From the NCBI RefSeq assembly GCF_009914755.1, contig NC_060947.1: a stretch of DNA of 64,000 bases, one strand, 5' to 3'. Each line of letters begins with the position of its first letter. Positions within the stretch are counted from its first letter, which is position 1. The position numbers were made by a program, and so were the translations under genes. Below the pieces are notes generated by a model. It made no database searches. It was not told the origin of the DNA and saw only the letters and a list, made by a program, of their open reading frames with translations. This document shows positions 61,090 through 64,000 of the stretch, piece by piece. This DNA is from the human T2T-CHM13v2.0 reference genome, Homo sapiens.

Positions 61090-61793
61090 ATGAGGCTGCA
61101 TTTTTTTAAGAGACACTTTTATACATTCTCAGGAAACTTACATTTGCTTTTGTAACTCATACAAAGGCTGCTACGCTGAAACTGTTAAAAAAAAAGTAAA
61201 TGAAAGCATACACTCTGTCCTTATAACATTTTCAAAAGTTATTTAATCATTTAGATTCACAGAGCTCTGTTTGCAATATACATTTCAGGCATGATGCAGC
61301 TACAGAGGTATGCATCATTGGGCTTTGAGCACATAGAAGAAAAACACAAAATGTCACTTATTGTAGCCAAATCCAATTGCTGGTGAGGGGTTATGGGAGT
61401 GAGGGAGTGGCCTTGCAGTCCCTTGGAGCCCAAGTATATCAGGGCTTCATCAGTGTATCAGGGTTTTAGATATACTTGGATGGGAAAACCCCAAATCAGG
61501 TAACCTTACATTTTTAATCAGCCACAATGGATCTTACAAAATAAATAAATAAATCAATAAATAAATGGACCTGAGAACTAAAATGCATGCAATGTCCTGG
61601 CAATGCCCAACAGCCAAGAAAGGTACTCATACAATAGCCAAGGGGTCAAAATGGCTCAAGGCCCTGAAAACACCCTATCCAGTAATCAACAGCAGGCAGG
61701 TATCCTTATACATGAAAGATGAATAGCCTCCCTAAGTTATTCCATTTGGATTTGTTCTTTAAATACTTTCTGAGTATGAAATCTCTCCCTCAT

Positions 61794-62149
61794 TGATATA
61801 GTTTGGCTGTGTCCCTACCCAAATCTCATCTTGAATTCCCAAGGGTTGTGGGAAGGACCCGGTGGGAGGTAATTGAATCACGGGGGCAGGTCTTTCCTGT
61901 GCTCTTCTTGTGATAATGAATAAGTCTCATGAGATCTGATGGTTTTAAAAATGGGAGTCTCCCTGCACAAGCTCTCTTTTTGCCTGCCGCCATCCACATA
62001 AGATGTGACTTGCTCCTCCTTGCCTTCCATCATTATTGTGAGGCCTCCCCAGTCATGTGGAACTGTAAGTCCATTAAGTCTCTTTTCTTTTTGTAAATTG
62101 CCCAGGCTCAGGCATGTCTTTATCAGCAGCATAAAAATGGACTAATACA
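61794..62149 (+). mobile_element. THE1 solo LTR (MaLR), antisense to GPC3
   Basis: TGATATAGTTTGGCTGTGTCCC...GGACTAATACA termini. Perfect 5-bp TSD CTCAT (61789-61793 / 62150-62154). Confidence 0.93.
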
Positions 62150-62676
62150 CTCATCATCAATGGGATTTGGAGAATTGAGACTCATTTTCCCTCAATTTAC
62201 TCGGAAGCACACACTGTCATCCTGGCTCCATCCTCCTCTCTTCCCACCTTTGGACCTGCATGTCAGCGAGTGCCCATTCTCACATTCACACAGGTGCCAT
62301 CTCTTTTGATGCTGTCCATTTCTCCTCTTTCCTTCAGCTTCCCCACCACCGCCACCCACAGTCCTCAATGCCTTAGCCACATAAGAGCCATTCCTCTCCA
62401 GGGGCCCATTGCCATCCAGGAAGAAAGAATGTTCCATTCTGTGATAGCTGGAACCAGAGAAAACTCTTTTCCTGAAACATATGTTGGAACACATTTCTCT
62501 CTTCCTCAAAATCCTTTGATGGCTCCCTACTGCATGTGGGATAGAGTCCTAATTCCTGAGCATGGCATTCATGAGCCTCCCCAGCTCATCTTTTCTTGCT
62601 TTCCAGTTTCAACTGCCCATATATTTCTCCAAGTGCCATATGCTGCAGTCATACCATCCCATTCACCATTTGCTGA

Positions 62677-63443
<767 letters not shown>

Positions 63444-63459
63444 CCACAATTGTATCTTT

Positions 63460-63780
63460 CAAGCCTCAACTTACATGATAGCCTCTTCCAGGAAGCCTTC
63501 CCTTCTCACTTCAAGCCAAATAAATCACTTCTCTCTCTGAGTATTAATTGAATTGAACCTCTATTACAGTACTAATTTCCATCTGCCTCACAGTAGAGTT
63601 AGTCATTTCTATGTTCCTCTCCTCAACTAGACTGTGCTTCATTGAAGAAAGAAATTCACCTTATTCCCCTCTGTCACTCCCACACAGTGCTTGGCTAACA
63701 CAAACACCTAAAAACATCAGTCATTCAGTTGAATGACTGAGTGAATGCAGGAAACAATGGCTGCATGAATGAACACACAT
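63460..63780 (+). mobile_element. L2 3' end
   Basis: TTCCAGGAAGCCTTCCCT, ACTAGACTGTG, CACAGTGCTTGGC and GTTGAATGA motifs. Confidence 0.7.
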
Positions 63781-64000
63781 CTCCACCCTACTGAGAATGT
63801 GCAGGTGAAGGGCTGCCTCCTTACAAGACACCCTTCCCAAGGAGTTGATCTCTACTAACTGATGATTTCCTTAGGAGAAGGAGCCACCACTGATCCATGA
63901 AGTCAAGAAAAAGGCAGGGCCAATGGTGGGTGGCTCAGGAAGCAAATGGCAGGGCTCAAGCCCTGACCTCTAGATTCCAAGGTACTTCTGAGCAATACTC

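Overview
Primate (almost certainly human) genomic DNA. One protein-coding exon anchors the window. On the minus strand, 49258-49427 encodes (E)[55 protein letters not shown], the C-terminus and GPI-anchor signal of glypican-3 (GPC3, Xq26). The ORF track misses this exon. Its 3' UTR ends at tandem AATAAA signals near 48881-48899. Positions 49428-64000 are the last GPC3 intron, and 1-48870 is downstream intergenic DNA (towards GPC4, which is not seen here). The rest is mostly interspersed repeats: about 40 Alu copies or fragments, old L1/L2/MIR, MaLR solo LTRs, MER DNA transposons and simple repeats. The long ORFs come from Alu or low-complexity sequence. I see no evidence for a new multi-gene system. 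The notable signals are rearrangement scars: a 170-bp hairpin with perfect 53-bp arms in an L2 (18630-18799), a U6-L1 chimeric retrocopy, a tiny L1 with an apparent 3' transduction, an Alu carrying a copy of nearby unique DNA, a fold-back duplication inside an intronic Alu, and an ~850-bp CpG-rich purine-pyrimidine array built from palindromic units. Repeat boundaries and subfamilies were assigned by eye and are approximate.
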